A stretch of DNA of 64,000 bases from the human T2T-CHM13v2.0 reference genome, Homo sapiens: the NCBI RefSeq assembly GCF_009914755.1, contig NC_060928.1; one strand, written 5' to 3'. The position numbers and the translations under genes were made by a program. Positions 30,801 to 42,560 of the stretch are shown here, in pieces (position 1 is the first letter of the stretch; every line of letters starts with the position of its first letter). The notes below the pieces were generated by a model. It had not been told where the DNA came from. It worked only from the letters and a program-made list of their open reading frames with translations, and did not search any database.

Positions 30801-33800
30801 GGTGGGACTTGGCTCGGGGACCACAATCCAGGATTCTGAGGGTGTCGACGCTTTCTTGACTCGAGTGTGATGGGTCCACCCCTTCTCGGCAGTGCGAACT
30901 GCGGTTTCGATGGTCAATAACATGAGGTAGGATCCTTCCCAGGCTGGCTCGAGCCTTCCTTCCTTCCATCCCTTTATGAAGACGTGGTCTCCAGGCTGAT
31001 GCGATTGTACTGGGAATTCCAAGGGTGGTGCTTGTGCTAAAAGACCTTTGGTTTTAAGGGAAGAAAAAGTAGAGGAGAGTCCAAATATGTAATTTCTAAG
31101 GAACTGATCTTTGGTTTCAAAGGTAGGCACATCAGCTGAGGAATGTAAGTAAGGCAATCCATATAACATTTCATAGGGGGATGAACCTGTATCTCTTCGG
31201 GGAGCTGTCCTGATTCTGAATAAAGCAATAGGGAGGCATTTGGTCCATCGTAGATGAGTCTCTAAAATTTAGTTAGATGACTTGTCTGATTCATTCTTTC
31301 TACTCTCCTGGAGGAGGAGGGGTGCCACCGAATGTGGTATTCCCATTCTATGTCCAGCACCTGGGCCAGTTTTATCATAATGTGTGCCGTAAAGTGGGTC
31401 CCATTATCTGAGTCAACATTTTCTATTAATCCAAACCTGGGTATAATATGTTCAATTAAGGCCGTCACTATATTACTGGCAGTGGCCTTTGAGAAAGGAG
31501 TGGCCTCTACCCAATGAGTGATGTGGTCTACTATCACTAATAGGTATTTTAGCCTACTGGCAGCATTTCAATATAATCAACTTGAACACTTTGGAATGGT
31601 CTTAGCCTAGGTGTTCTTCATCCTAGAGGTAGTTTCTTTAGGGTCTGCTTATTAGTTTTCTTACAGATAATGCAGCTGTCAGTGACCTGTCTGGCCAGGG
31701 TGTAGATCCCAGTACATCCATAGACTGAGGACAGCGTCACATAGGGCCTGAGGGCCCCAGCATGTTCCTTGGTGTAAGTGGGACAGAACTTCTTTCATAA
31801 GGGGTTTGGAGAGCATCTCTCTCTGATCTGGGAGAATCCATCTCCCTTCTGTATTTTCTTTAGCCCACATTTCGCTTAGTTTTTCCTTTTAGGCTGAAGA
31901 GAAAATAGGAGCTAATTTGGGGGAGAGGAGGGAGGGAGTTAGATGAAATATTTGTTTCACAGCCATTGCTGCTCTTTTGGCTACCTGATCTGCAAGATTA
32001 TTACCTCGACTTTCAAATGAAAAGTCATGCTGGTGTCCAGGGACATGTACAATAGCTATTTCTCCTGGTAGCTGGAGATTATTTAAAACACAAGTCACTA
32101 ATGACTCATGAGCAAGCTTTTGGCCTTGGCTGTTCATCAGGCCTCTGTCTGCCCCAATTTTTCCAAATGTATGCGCTACCCCAAAAGCATACTTACAGCC
32201 TGTATAAGTGTTCCTATCTCATTTTCTGGATATTTAAGGGCCTGACTGAGAGCAAATAGTTCACAGCCTTCGGCGGAATAGTTATCAGGTAATTGCCCCG
32301 ATTCAGTTTCCTCAAGAGTTTCTCCATCCACCACAGCATATCCACTGTGCCTGTCTCCATCAAACATCCGAGAGGACCCATCTAGGAACAAATGTTGTCT
32401 TGTTTTATAAGGGGTTTCAGATAGGTCTGGTCATACCTTGGTATCATAATTAAATCTAGATACAAATGTTCTGTTTGCAGCAATGGATTCCCTCTTAAGA
32501 ATCCGGCAGGGTCAAGTGAACTATCAGTGGTTATAGTTAGATAATCTCTTTCTAATAGGATAGCCTCATACTTTAAAATCCTAGAATCAGTCAGCCATCT
32601 TTCCGCTTTTTGATTTAGGATGACATTGACCTTATGGGGTGTACTTACTGTTAAGTATCCCCCAAAGGTAATCTTTCTGCTTTCTTCCACTAATATGGCA
32701 TTGGCTGCCACAGACTGGATGCACTGGGGACAGCCACTGGCAACTGGATCTAAGACTTTGGACAGAAAGGCAACTGGTTGCCGGTGGTCTCCATGTTGTT
32801 GAGTGAGTACTCCAAGGGCCACTCCATTGTCTGTGCTAACAAAAAGATGAAAGGGTTTTTCTAAAGAAGGCAGGGCTAAAACAGGGGCAGATATTAATCA
32901 TGCTTTTAATTCATTTATTTGGTCTACTTCATCAGAAGTCCTTATAAGTGGGTCTGGCCTATTTTTAGTTAATTTCTCATAAAGCAATTTACTTCTTAAT
33001 GCATAAGAATCAATCCATAATCTACAGTATCCAGTCAATCCCAGAAATAAGTTCCTGTTTTGTTTGAGGCAGGGGCAAGGAGACATTTCCCTCGACCTGT
33101 TCAGGTCCTATTCTCCTTTTGGCCGTGCTAATTAGATGACCTAAATGTCTAACTTCTGTTTCTACATATTGGAGCTCTTCTTTGGAGACCCGCAGTCCCT
33201 TAGAGTATAAATGATTCAGGAAGTACACAGAGTATTCACTTACTTTTTCTATATCTTCTCCAGATATAAGTATGTCATCCATATATAGGATTAATTGTAA
33301 ATGTGGTGGAGTGTCTGTCTTTCTAATAATCCTATCTAGAGCATGAGTAAAAATATTCAGTGAATCCTCAAATCCTGGGGCAATACTATCCACCGGTACT
33401 GCTGCTTCTGTCCTGTATGGGGGTCCTCCCATTTGAATGTGAATAGATCTTGGCTGTCCTCAGCCAAAGGACGTGCCCAGAAAGCATCCTTTAAGTCTAT
33501 TACAGTAAACCATTGATGACTTTACAGAATTTTACTAAGGTTAATATATGGATTTGTCATAGTAGCGTGAGTGGTTTGAACTATTTCATTTATAGTTCTG
33601 AGATCTTGTACTAATAGGTAGGATCCATCAGGCTTCCTGACAGGTAGGATAAGGGTATTATACGGAGACATGCAAGGCTCTAAAAGTCCATCTTTAATAA
33701 GGCCTTCAATCACAGGTTTTAGTCCTACCCGGCCTTCCAGGGAGATCGGGTATTACTTTCTCCGGGCTACTCCCCCTTGGAACCTTTAAATGTATTTGTA

Positions 33801-34250
33801 TCAGGGGAATCCGTAACTCCCTTGCTTTCCTTCTCTTGACCATAAATCCGGATGAATTTTCCTCTCATCAACAGTAGTTAGCAGGTGGAGAGAGGGAAGG
33901 AACCCCTTTGGCCCTACTTGCAGTCCAAGACCTAACTTTAGCATTAAGTCTCTTCCTAACAAATTAGTGCCTGCTTCAGGAATTAATGGAAATTGAATAT
34001 TAGCTGCCTCATTTTTGTATCTGACTTCTATATCTTCTAGGATTTTGGCCTTAAACCTCTCTTCTTTCACCCCAGATAATAGTAGCTCTTCTGGAGAACA
34101 GCTGAGGCCACTTGGAGAAAAGCGTAAGGAAGAACAAGTAGCTCCAGAATCAATGAGGAATGTTATTAGTTAATGGTTTGGTCCCACCTCCAAATTTATC
34201 AAGGGCTCTTGATGGGACTCAAGGTGGAAAAGAAAGAGCCCCTGACTCCC
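30777..34250 (-). pseudogene. ERV pro-pol remnant (protease, RT, RNase H, integrase)
   Basis: Protease FLIDSGA (~34143-34160) and NLLGRD. RT SPYNT, LVQDLR and YMDD (~33280). RNase H FLDGSS and GNNLADQVAK. Integrase DSDNGTHF, VERMNQ and WEGSY. Fragmented across frames. Confidence 0.92.
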
Positions 34251-35892
34251 GTATTCTTCCTCTCTGAAGGTTGGCATGAGAGGAGGAATTTCCTCTGTGG
34301 CCTTTAGGTCAGGGCATTCTCTCTTAAAATGGCCTGTTTTTCCACATTTATAATACCTATCTTGTCCCCCTTCTTGTTCTATTCTGGAGATCCTTTGTTT
34401 TAGTTTCTCTTCATCTGCTCTACATCTCCACCCTTTATGACATATGCTGTGGTCTTCTCATGTTCCATTTCAACCTCGACCCCTGCCTCTCTGTGAGATG
34501 GCACCCCTGGACACTGGTCAAAATCTCATCCCAGGTATATTTGGTCCTAGTGAAATCTGCCAAAAAATTTTTGCCTTTTGTTTTTGTCTGTCTTCATCCT
34601 TCTCATGTATGCTTTCTCTGCTGCTGCTAAAAGTTCTTCAATTGACTGATTTTTCCACCTCTCTATCTTTTGTAGCTTCCTCGCGATACCTGGCCAACTA
34701 TTGGTAACAAAATGTAATTTTAACATACCTTGTCCTAGTGGACTGTCAGGATCTAAATCAGCATACCTTCTTATCTGCTCCCTTAGTCTAAAAAGTGCAT
34801 AGGTCCCTCATCTTTCTCTTGTTGTTCATCAAAGGCCTTAGTGAGGTTTTGGGGTCTGGGTGCAGACTCCTTGATACCTTTTATAATTAATTCTTGTAGA
34901 TCCCTCATATTCTTCTGGTGAGCAGCATTATTATTATTCCATTGTGGGTCCCGAGCAGGAAATGTAACATCCGCTGCCGGAATATTTTGACCGGCAGGGT
35001 AATCACGTTCCCAGGCCCCCATAGCAGCTCTGCAGATCATGTTCCGCTCTTCCTTTGAAAAGAGGATACCCAGGATTGACATTAATTCAGTCCAAGTATA
35101 TAGTTTGGAACCTAAAAACTGGTCAATTTGCTCTGCTACTCTCTCTGGGTCATCTAGCAAAGGCTTAAGCTCTTTCTTTAGACCTCGGACTTCAGAGGTG
35201 GTTAAAGGGGCGTTCATGAATCCAGTTGTACCCCTACCCTGTGGCACCTCCATTAGAGGGAAGAGCTGAGAAGCCAGCTCTTCGGAAGCGCAGGGAAAGG
35301 GAAAATTTTGAATATCCCTTCTACATTGTTCTATCTCTCTCTGAAGCCCTCTTTTTAAGGAGATATCAGAGACTTCTGCCTCCGGAGCCTGAGGAGGAGG
35401 AGGCGGGACTACCACCTGAGGAGGAGGTGGGACTAACTGCTGCCTGAGGAGGAGGAGGCGGGACTAGAAAAGGAGGAAGATGGTTTAGGGGATCCCACTG
35501 GATATTCTCTTTTTACCCTCCTCCATCCCTTGCTTCAGATCCCTTAGGGGATAAAGAGAAACTGGCCCCAGCTGCCAGCACATGGCATAGTGTATCTCTT
35601 CTGAAGACATACAACTTTTGCTATTAACATACAGTATTAGAAGCTGGCAGACCCAGTCTTCATTCGAGCCATATTTTGGCCAGAAAACAGCAGGTTTTAA
35701 AATTGGCTCTTGGGTCCACAGAAAGCAACAATACTTGATCATTAGTTGCTTTTTCTTATATTTAGTCCTTTCATTTTCTTTCCAGTGTGTAAGCATAAGT
35801 CCTAAAGGACTATCAGGAGGGATTCAGTCTTTCTTGCCTCCTTCATCTCTGGCCTTGTTTCCAGTTGCAGGCCTACTAGAAGTATTCCCCAT
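34251..35892 (-). pseudogene. ERV gag remnant
   Basis: MGNTSS start (myristoylation Gly) and matrix-like WPKYGS. Proline-rich segment and capsid ORF 34783-35415. Degenerate zinc knuckle YYKCGKTGHFKREC at about 34314-34355. Disrupted by stops and frameshifts. Confidence 0.88.
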
Positions 35893-36411
35893 GTTGGGTG
35901 AGACTTTTTCCCAGTAGACTCAATCCCCCAGATCCTCCAGCTCAGGGATATCTTGTCTGCTCAAATGTATTTACTCCTTTTCCCTGGGGATTAGCCTTCC
36001 CCTTTTTAGTGTTAGTTTCTTATTGCCTGTATTCTCAGTTCCCTGGAGATAACTTTCTCCCCTCTGTTCCCTGTTCTGAAGATAATCCACATTCCTCTTA
36101 CAGTCACTTTCTCTCAACCACAGTCATTCACTCACATACATCACACAACCCTTCAAGGAAGGACCACCAAAGAAGTACTTTGCCACCCTCTAGCAGTTTT
36201 TCCTACCTTGGCTCATGCACGAGGTCTCCTGGTCCCGCGGTTTTAAAAGTCTCCTTGTCCCCTGCATTGCTGAGAATCCAGATGTATTCCTCTTACTGGG
36301 TGAGCCCTGGCTATCTCCCTGGGGCTGCTGCAACAGGGCAGCTGGGTGCCTCCCCACAAGAGAGGGCCAAGGACTGGAGGGGAAACAGTGTCCCCATACG
36401 GGCCACAAAAT

Positions 36412-36907
36412 TGATGGGCACGGGAATTTGATGTTGTAAAGAAATCAACACCGAGACAAAGGATCTCTCAGCAAGGCTAGTTTACTTTCTGCAGAAAGGG
36501 TACACTCACCAGCAGTCCAGCCACGAGAGCACACCAAACAAAGGAGACAGGGACATTTATAACCTTTACATCCTGACACAATCCCCTATGGCTGTGTCCC
36601 GTTCCCATTGGCTGGGATGGGACCTCACACTCTAAACTTAACTGGGTTGGGTAATAATTTAAAACTTTCCTAAATAGGAAGAAGGGAAAAAGGACAAAGA
36701 AAAGAGGAAGTTAGTGATGAGAGGTCAGAGGGGTTCCCAAATAAGGAATGGCATGTATCCTAATCTGGGACTCATTTAGCCTTATCTCAACCTACTGGAA
36801 CAAGTTGGAGCAGCCTGGGAATATACACATCCTAACATTTAACCGGGGAATGATAAATCCTTTATGGATTTAAGAAACTTTGTAGAAGAACTTCTTCATG
36901 CCTTACA
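36412..36907 (-). repeat. 5' LTR of the provirus
   Basis: Direct repeat of 28331-28822. Followed on the minus strand by PBS TTGTGGCCCGTATGGGGA, resembling the complement of the tRNA-Ile 3' end (TGGTGGCCCGTACGGGGA). Confidence 0.93.
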
Positions 36908-38854
36908 AGGCCCTTCCTGGGGGCAGGAAGTGAGATTCCAAGAGGACCCTATAGCAGTAGGCAACCAAGAGTCAAAACAAGCATATGCAGTAGTCATAAT
37001 CATGCTAGTATGACAGTATGAATTAGCCAGGCATATATAGGAGTTTAGATGGGGGAATAGTGGAAGCCCACAAAACTTCCACGTTTGGGCCCTCACCAGA
37101 GACACTGGTCTAGAAACACAATAAAATGTCTGCCTGGGTAGTCATGATCATTCTATTATGAGGTAGACAGGAAACAGAGCAGGGCCAGGAGATGGAAGGG
37201 GCCTCCCTTGCCCTCAGGAGTCCCTGACCAGGGAAGATCCCTCCATGCTCTCTGAGGGTGGCGGGGCTCCAAAGATCCTGGCCAGGAGTGCTTTGTTGGA
37301 GTGGGCCTTGTCCTAGGCAGTTGCCAGGTGAGCCCATTCACACCCTACTGGCTGTGCTGCTTTCCGGGCCCTCAGTTCCTGCTCAGTAGGACGTTGGGCA
37401 AATGTCCAGGAGCCATCTGGGTGAGCAAGATCCCCATCAACAGCAAGAAAGCATTGTCCCCATTCCACACTTTGAAGATAGAAGATGGTCTCACACTTGG
37501 CCTGAGTGACCTCCACTCTCAGGTGCTGCCTGTGTGCACACCTGGCGCTCAAAGGCAAGGTGCTCGCTGTGGTGGGACCAGGTGAAATGGTGCAAGTACT
37601 TGAGATTCCATAGGTCATAATGGGAGGGGCTGCACCTGTGGGTACCCATAGGCGTGTTGTGTAGACTGGCCGCCACACTCTTGGCTATGCGCTTGTCACG
37701 GAACTCCACCCATCCCTCTGTGTAGTCCTTGCTGTGGTACTGCTTTTTTCCCTCCCACGGCTGCTGCTGCCTTCTTTTTGCATCTCACAAACCAGTCCTC
37801 AGCCTGAAAGAACGCATCTGACCTCACCATAGGCACTGAGAAGGTTGCAGACATGTAGGGGCTGGAAGTGTGGTGGGATATGGCCCAGGTACACAATACC
37901 TGGCACTACCCGCTTCTTGCTGCCACAGGCTGCTGCTTTGGATTCCTCCTGCTCCTCCTCCACATCTAGTGTCTGGTCTGTCCTTTCCAGCGCCTTTGCT
38001 CTGTTGCGGCCTTCTCCGATTCCTCTGCCTCCGTGTTGACTGACACGAGCAGCACGACCTAATTTCATTACTTCTAATGACTGCATAGATTCATTTGCAT
38101 GGTTAAATCACAATTTAACCTATTTTATATTGATGTATATCTAAATTCTCTTTTTCACAATAGTAAGTAATGCTATAGTGAGCATTAAGTTGCATATGTT
38201 TTGCTCGTTTGTCAGATTATTTCCTTTGGTTAACTATTTGGAATTGAGCTACTGGGTCAAAGTATTTTTTTTTGTCTTTGCATATGTGTTTATATATTAA
38301 GTATTTGTAAGTATTTATATATATGTTATATCTTGATACATACAAATCCTTTTAGTTACCAGGTGACTACTCAGCATTCTTTCTAACATTGTATGGTGTG
38401 CTTATTTGCTCACACTCTCATCAACATGAATTGATGTTAGATTTGAGATGGTGGAAAAGAGAGAGAGGTAATACAGGATCTTAAGGTAATAGGACACATT
38501 ATGGGTGGTCACATTATGAAAACCATTTAATGTTAATTCTAGCCACTACTTTAGGATGGTTTGGAATAGGAAAGAATTTGAGAGAGGTTCAAGATGGGGA
38601 GATATATTGTGAAGCCGTTGTAGTTTGGCAAGTCAGTGGGGCCTAAAATAAGGTGGGAGTTAGTTGCACTGGTTAATTTGATAGATACTAAAGTAGTGTA
38701 ACCATACAATGGGTTCATCTTGCTTGCTGCCTAGACAGAGCTGATTATCAAGACAAGGGAATTGCAGTAGAGAAAGAGTTACTTATTCATGCAGAGCCAG
38801 CTGTGTGGGAGATGGGAGTTTTATTACTCAAATCAGTCTCCTCGAGCGTTTGGG

Positions 38855-39313
38855 TAAGGGAGGAGACTACTCCTCATATTGTCTTATGCCCAATTTCTGC
38901 CTCCAAAGAAAGAAGTAAAAACTAAAAGGCAGAAATGAAATCTACAAGCCCACAGCCCGGCGCCACGCCCTGGGCCTGGTAGTTAAAGATCAACCCCTGA
39001 CCTAACTGGTTATGTTATCTACAGATTCCAGACATTGTATGGAAAAGCATCGTAAAAATCCCTGTCCTGTTCTGTTGTGTTCTGATTATCGGTACATGCA
39101 GCCCCCAGTCACGTACCCCCTGCTTGCTCAATTGATCATGACCCTCTCACGCGGACCCCCTTAGAGTTGTGAGCCTTTAAAAGAGACAGGAATTGCTCAC
39201 TTGGAGAGCTCGGCTCTTGAGACAGGAGTCTTGCCGATGTTCCTGGCCAAATAAACCCCTTCCTTCTTTAACTTGGTGTCTGAGGGGTTTTGTCTGTGGC
39301 TCTTCCTGCTACA
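38855..39313 (+). mobile_element. Solo LTR2 (HERV-E type)
   Basis: Starts TAAGGGAGGAGACTACTCCTCATATTGTCTTATGCCC and ends CCTGCTACA, with TSD TGGG/AGGG. TTTAAAA box at ~39176 and AATAAA at ~39250. Confidence 0.85.
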
Positions 39314-39728
39314 AGGGGATCAGAGTTTTTACGGATAATTTGGTTGGGGGGTGGGCAGTGAGTTGGGAGTACTGATTGGTTGGGTCGGAGATGAAATCAT
39401 AGAGAGTCAAAGCTGTCCTCTTGTGCCGAGTCAGTTCCTGGGTGGGGGCCACAAGACCACATGAGCCAGTTTACTGATCTGGGTGATGGCAGCTGATCCA
39501 TCAAGTGCAGAGTCTGCAAAATATTTCAAGCACTGATCTTAGGTTTTACAATAGTGTTGTTATCCCCAGGGGCGATTTGGGGAGGGTCAGAATCTTGTAG
39601 CCTCCAGCTGCATGACTCCTGAAACATAATTTCTAATCTTTTGGCTAATTTGTTAGTCCCACAAAGGCAGTCTGGTCTCCAGGAAGAAGGGTTTGGTTTG
39701 TGAAAGAGCTGTTATTGTCTTTGTTTTA

Positions 39729-40092
39729 AGTGGTTCCTAACCTGTTTGGCACCAGGGAAAAGTTTTGTGAAAGACAATTTTTCCATGGACTTGGGGGTGG
39801 TGGGGATATGGTTTCAGGATGAAACTGTTCTACCTCAGATCTTCGAGAATTAGTTAGATTCTCACAAGGAGTGTGCAGCCTGGCTCCTTGCATGTGCAGT
39901 TCAAAATAGAGTTTGTGCGCTCCTATGAGAATCTAATGCCACTGCTGATCTGACAGGAGGTGGAGCTCAGGCTCCACCCGGTAATGCGGTAATAATGCCA
40001 GCCCATCTGCTGCTCACCTCCTGCTGTGTGGGCTGGTTCCTAACAGGCCACTGACCAGTAGCAGTCCATGGCCTGGGGTTTGGGGACCCCTG
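39729..40092. mobile_element. MER1B hAT-Charlie DNA transposon
   Basis: Termini AGTGGTTCCTAACC...GGGGACCCCTG with typical MER1 internal sequence; TTTTAA on both flanks. Confidence 0.78.
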
Positions 40093-40500
40093 TTTTAAAC
40101 TATAAACTAAGTTTTTCCCAAAGTTAGTTTGGCCTGTGCCCAGGAATGAACAAGTTTGGCCTATGCCTAGGAATGAACAAGGACAGCTTGGAGGTTAGAA
40201 GCAAGACAGAGTTGGTTAGGTCAGATCTCTTTCACTGTTTGAGTTATAATTTTGCAGTAGCGATTTCAGTAGGAAATAACTTGTTCTAGAAGTGAAATGA
40301 GAGCACCTTCTCTTAACTCTGACTCTTTTCAGTGATTCACAGTACTGGAAATAAATAAGAATTACCTACATAGCAAATTCCCAGAGATTCTGATTGAATT
40401 TGAAGTGGGGAATAACATGGCTATTTATTTGTAAAGAAAAGCATTTCACAGGATTTTAATGAGGAGCCAGAGCTGAGAACCACACTATCCCATTTTAGCT

Positions 40501-41104
40501 TGTAAACCAAAAAAATAAAATTTGAACTGCCAACCACCCTGGCCCCCAGCAACCATCTGAATGGACTCTCCCTCCTTGGCCAGGGCACTCTAACCTGAAA
40601 GACTGGTTCAGGCCATGACTGGAAGTGGGATTTGGACGTGCCTCATTATACCCTTCCAGCATTAGCATCAACACAGAGCTTGAGTCTGATAAGAAATATT
40701 TACAGTCTATTTTCTCTGAAGCCTGTTATGTTACCTGGAGGCTTCATCTGCATGGTAAAAACCTTGGTCTCCACAACCCCTTGTCTTAACCCAGACATTC
40801 CTTTCTACAGATAATAACACTTTCAACCAATTGCCAGTCAGAATATGTTTAAATCTACCTGTCACCTGGAAGGCTCCTTCCCCACTTTTGAGTTGTCCCA
40901 CCCTTCCAGATGGAACCAGTTAAGTCTTACATGTATTGATTGATGTATTATGTCTCCCTAAAATGCATAAAAGCAAACTGTACCCTGGCCACCTTGGGCA
41001 CATGTTGTCAGTACTCCCTGAGGCTGTCACTGGTGCATCCTTAACTTTGGCAAAATAAACTTTCTAAAGTGACTGAGACCTGTCTCAGATATTTTGGGTT
41101 CATA
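40501..41104 (+). mobile_element. Solo MER4A1-type LTR
   Basis: Starts TGTAAACCAAAAAAATAAAATT and ends TTTTGGGTTCATA, with TSD AGCT on both sides and AATAAA at ~41054. Confidence 0.8.
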
Positions 41105-42046
41105 AGCTCCTAAATTTAGTAAATTCCTGTTGGTGCTAAAGAAAAAAGCATGTTGTCTTGGATTGAAAACTAAAGTTTTACCTACTAGTTATAATAATGC
41201 TTTGGTGTTATTAAATAAGTGGAGAATAAAGTAGTAAAACAAAGTGCTGTTCAGCGAGTATTGAATAAGTACATGTGACATGTTAAGCTTGTGTGTGGAG
41301 TGAAGTGTGGACATTTTTTAGAGAAAGTAGCATTTGAAACGACCTAATGGAATGGGTAAAGCTTCTGAGGACGTAGTTATAACGGTGAGTGTTAGGATTA
41401 GGTAGGTCAGGTTATACAAAGGGAAGAGATTGGGAAGTGTGGTGTTTGCCTGGGGACCTCTAAATCTAGGTTAGTTAGGTCTTTGGTTCATTTGTTAGAG
41501 ATGAGGAGGGAAAGATTGCCCTGTTAAGGAGTCAGAAATTAACTCTTCAGAGAATGGATAGTCTTTCAGGATTTTGAGTATTCCTCTTCTACTGGGGAAT
41601 AAGAGGAAGAAAAAGAGTGAAGTTGTGGTTTAGAGAAGGCACATTATTTAGGCTTAGAGAGTTCTTAGGAGATGTGGGAATATTTTGACACCATTAATGA
41701 TGTTGAAGACCATGACTTGGTTGCCTCATGGCCCCAGTAAGGAAGATAAAGATGGGTGTCCTTAAAGAGGTGAGAGGTGTTTATTATGAATATTTTGGTT
41801 ACTTTATGCTCATATATCTTGAAATACAAGCCCTTAGCTAATGAATCTGTTTTGTGAGACAAGTCCTTAGTTTATTTAATGAGAATAATTCTATCAGCCC
41901 TCTTGTTAAAAAGCTAAGAATTTGATGAATGTTTCATGAACCAAGTATAAAGCACTCTGAAATCCTCTGAGGAGAATACAAGGCTATTTGAGTAGCTACT
42001 TTTCAATGAATATACTGAATTTCAAAATATTAGTTAATGATGGCTG

Positions 42047-42560
42047 TGTAGACCCAAGGGAAAATTTCCCCTTTGCCCTTTGAAGGTTCACTGAAAAATC
42101 AACTTACAAAAACCAGATTAATAGGAGAAATGGTATACAAATTTATTAGTGTGCATGAGGAAGAATCACAGAATGATTGTCTAATAACCCACTGGGGTAC
42201 AGATGCTTATTACCCTACTTCTTAGGGGAAAAGGAGATGGGGAAATGTGGATGTTTTTATGGGGATTGTAAATGATTTTTAGGGGAACTCAGTGGGCTTC
42301 AAGGACAAGTGGCCTGGGACAGTCTTTTAGGCCTGCAGAACAGACATGGTTTGTGAAAAGTCCTTCCAGGTGTGTTGACAGACTTTAGTCTTTCTTCCTG
42401 CGGTATGAGTTCAGTTAATGAAAACTCAGGGAAGGGACAAGAGGTCACCCCCCCCCCCGCCTTTGTCATATAACCTAACATATTTATATTTACACATTCC
42501 TTGGGTTCTGAGGAATAGGAAGTGGACATCTTTGAAGTGCCATTATTCTGCTTACCAGAC
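42047..42560. mobile_element. Degenerate LTR fragment(s): ERV1-like, followed by an MLT1-like end
   Basis: LTR-like start TGTAGACCCAAGGG and a MaLR-like terminus GGACATCTTTG...CATTATTCTGCTTACCA. Family not determined. Confidence 0.4.

Larger units (their letters stand above)
28331..36907 (-). mobile_element. Full-length decayed class I endogenous retrovirus, HERV-I/HERVIP10 (LTR10) group
   Basis: Two ~495-bp TG..CA LTRs and a 4-bp TSD AGGC (28327-28330, 36908-36911). tRNA-Ile-type PBS at about 36392-36409, polypurine tract at 28823-28838, and gag-pro-pol-env remnants in order. Confidence 0.92.
28141..38059 (-). pseudogene. ABT1P1: Processed pseudogene of ABT1 (coding remnant 38034-37214; 3' UTR interrupted by an ERV)
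   Basis: Frameshifted, intronless ABT1 peptides ([63 protein letters not shown]). Start ATG>ACG at 38034, stop at 37214. Minus-strand AATAAA at 28159-28164, short A-tail remnant, and 16-bp TSD TAATTTCATTACTTCT at 28125-28140 and 38060-38075. Confidence 0.92.
38697..40268 (-). mobile_element. Solo LTR8 (ERV1), interrupted by LTR2 and MER1B
   Basis: Minus strand starts TGAAATCGC and ends GGTTACA, with TSD GTAG (38693-38696, 40269-40272). Confidence 0.8.

Noticed and set aside
28842-30969. Possible domesticated (syncytin-like) env gene
   Set aside because: Split by several stops and frameshifts, with the CX6CC motif mutated. The longest piece is 186 aa.
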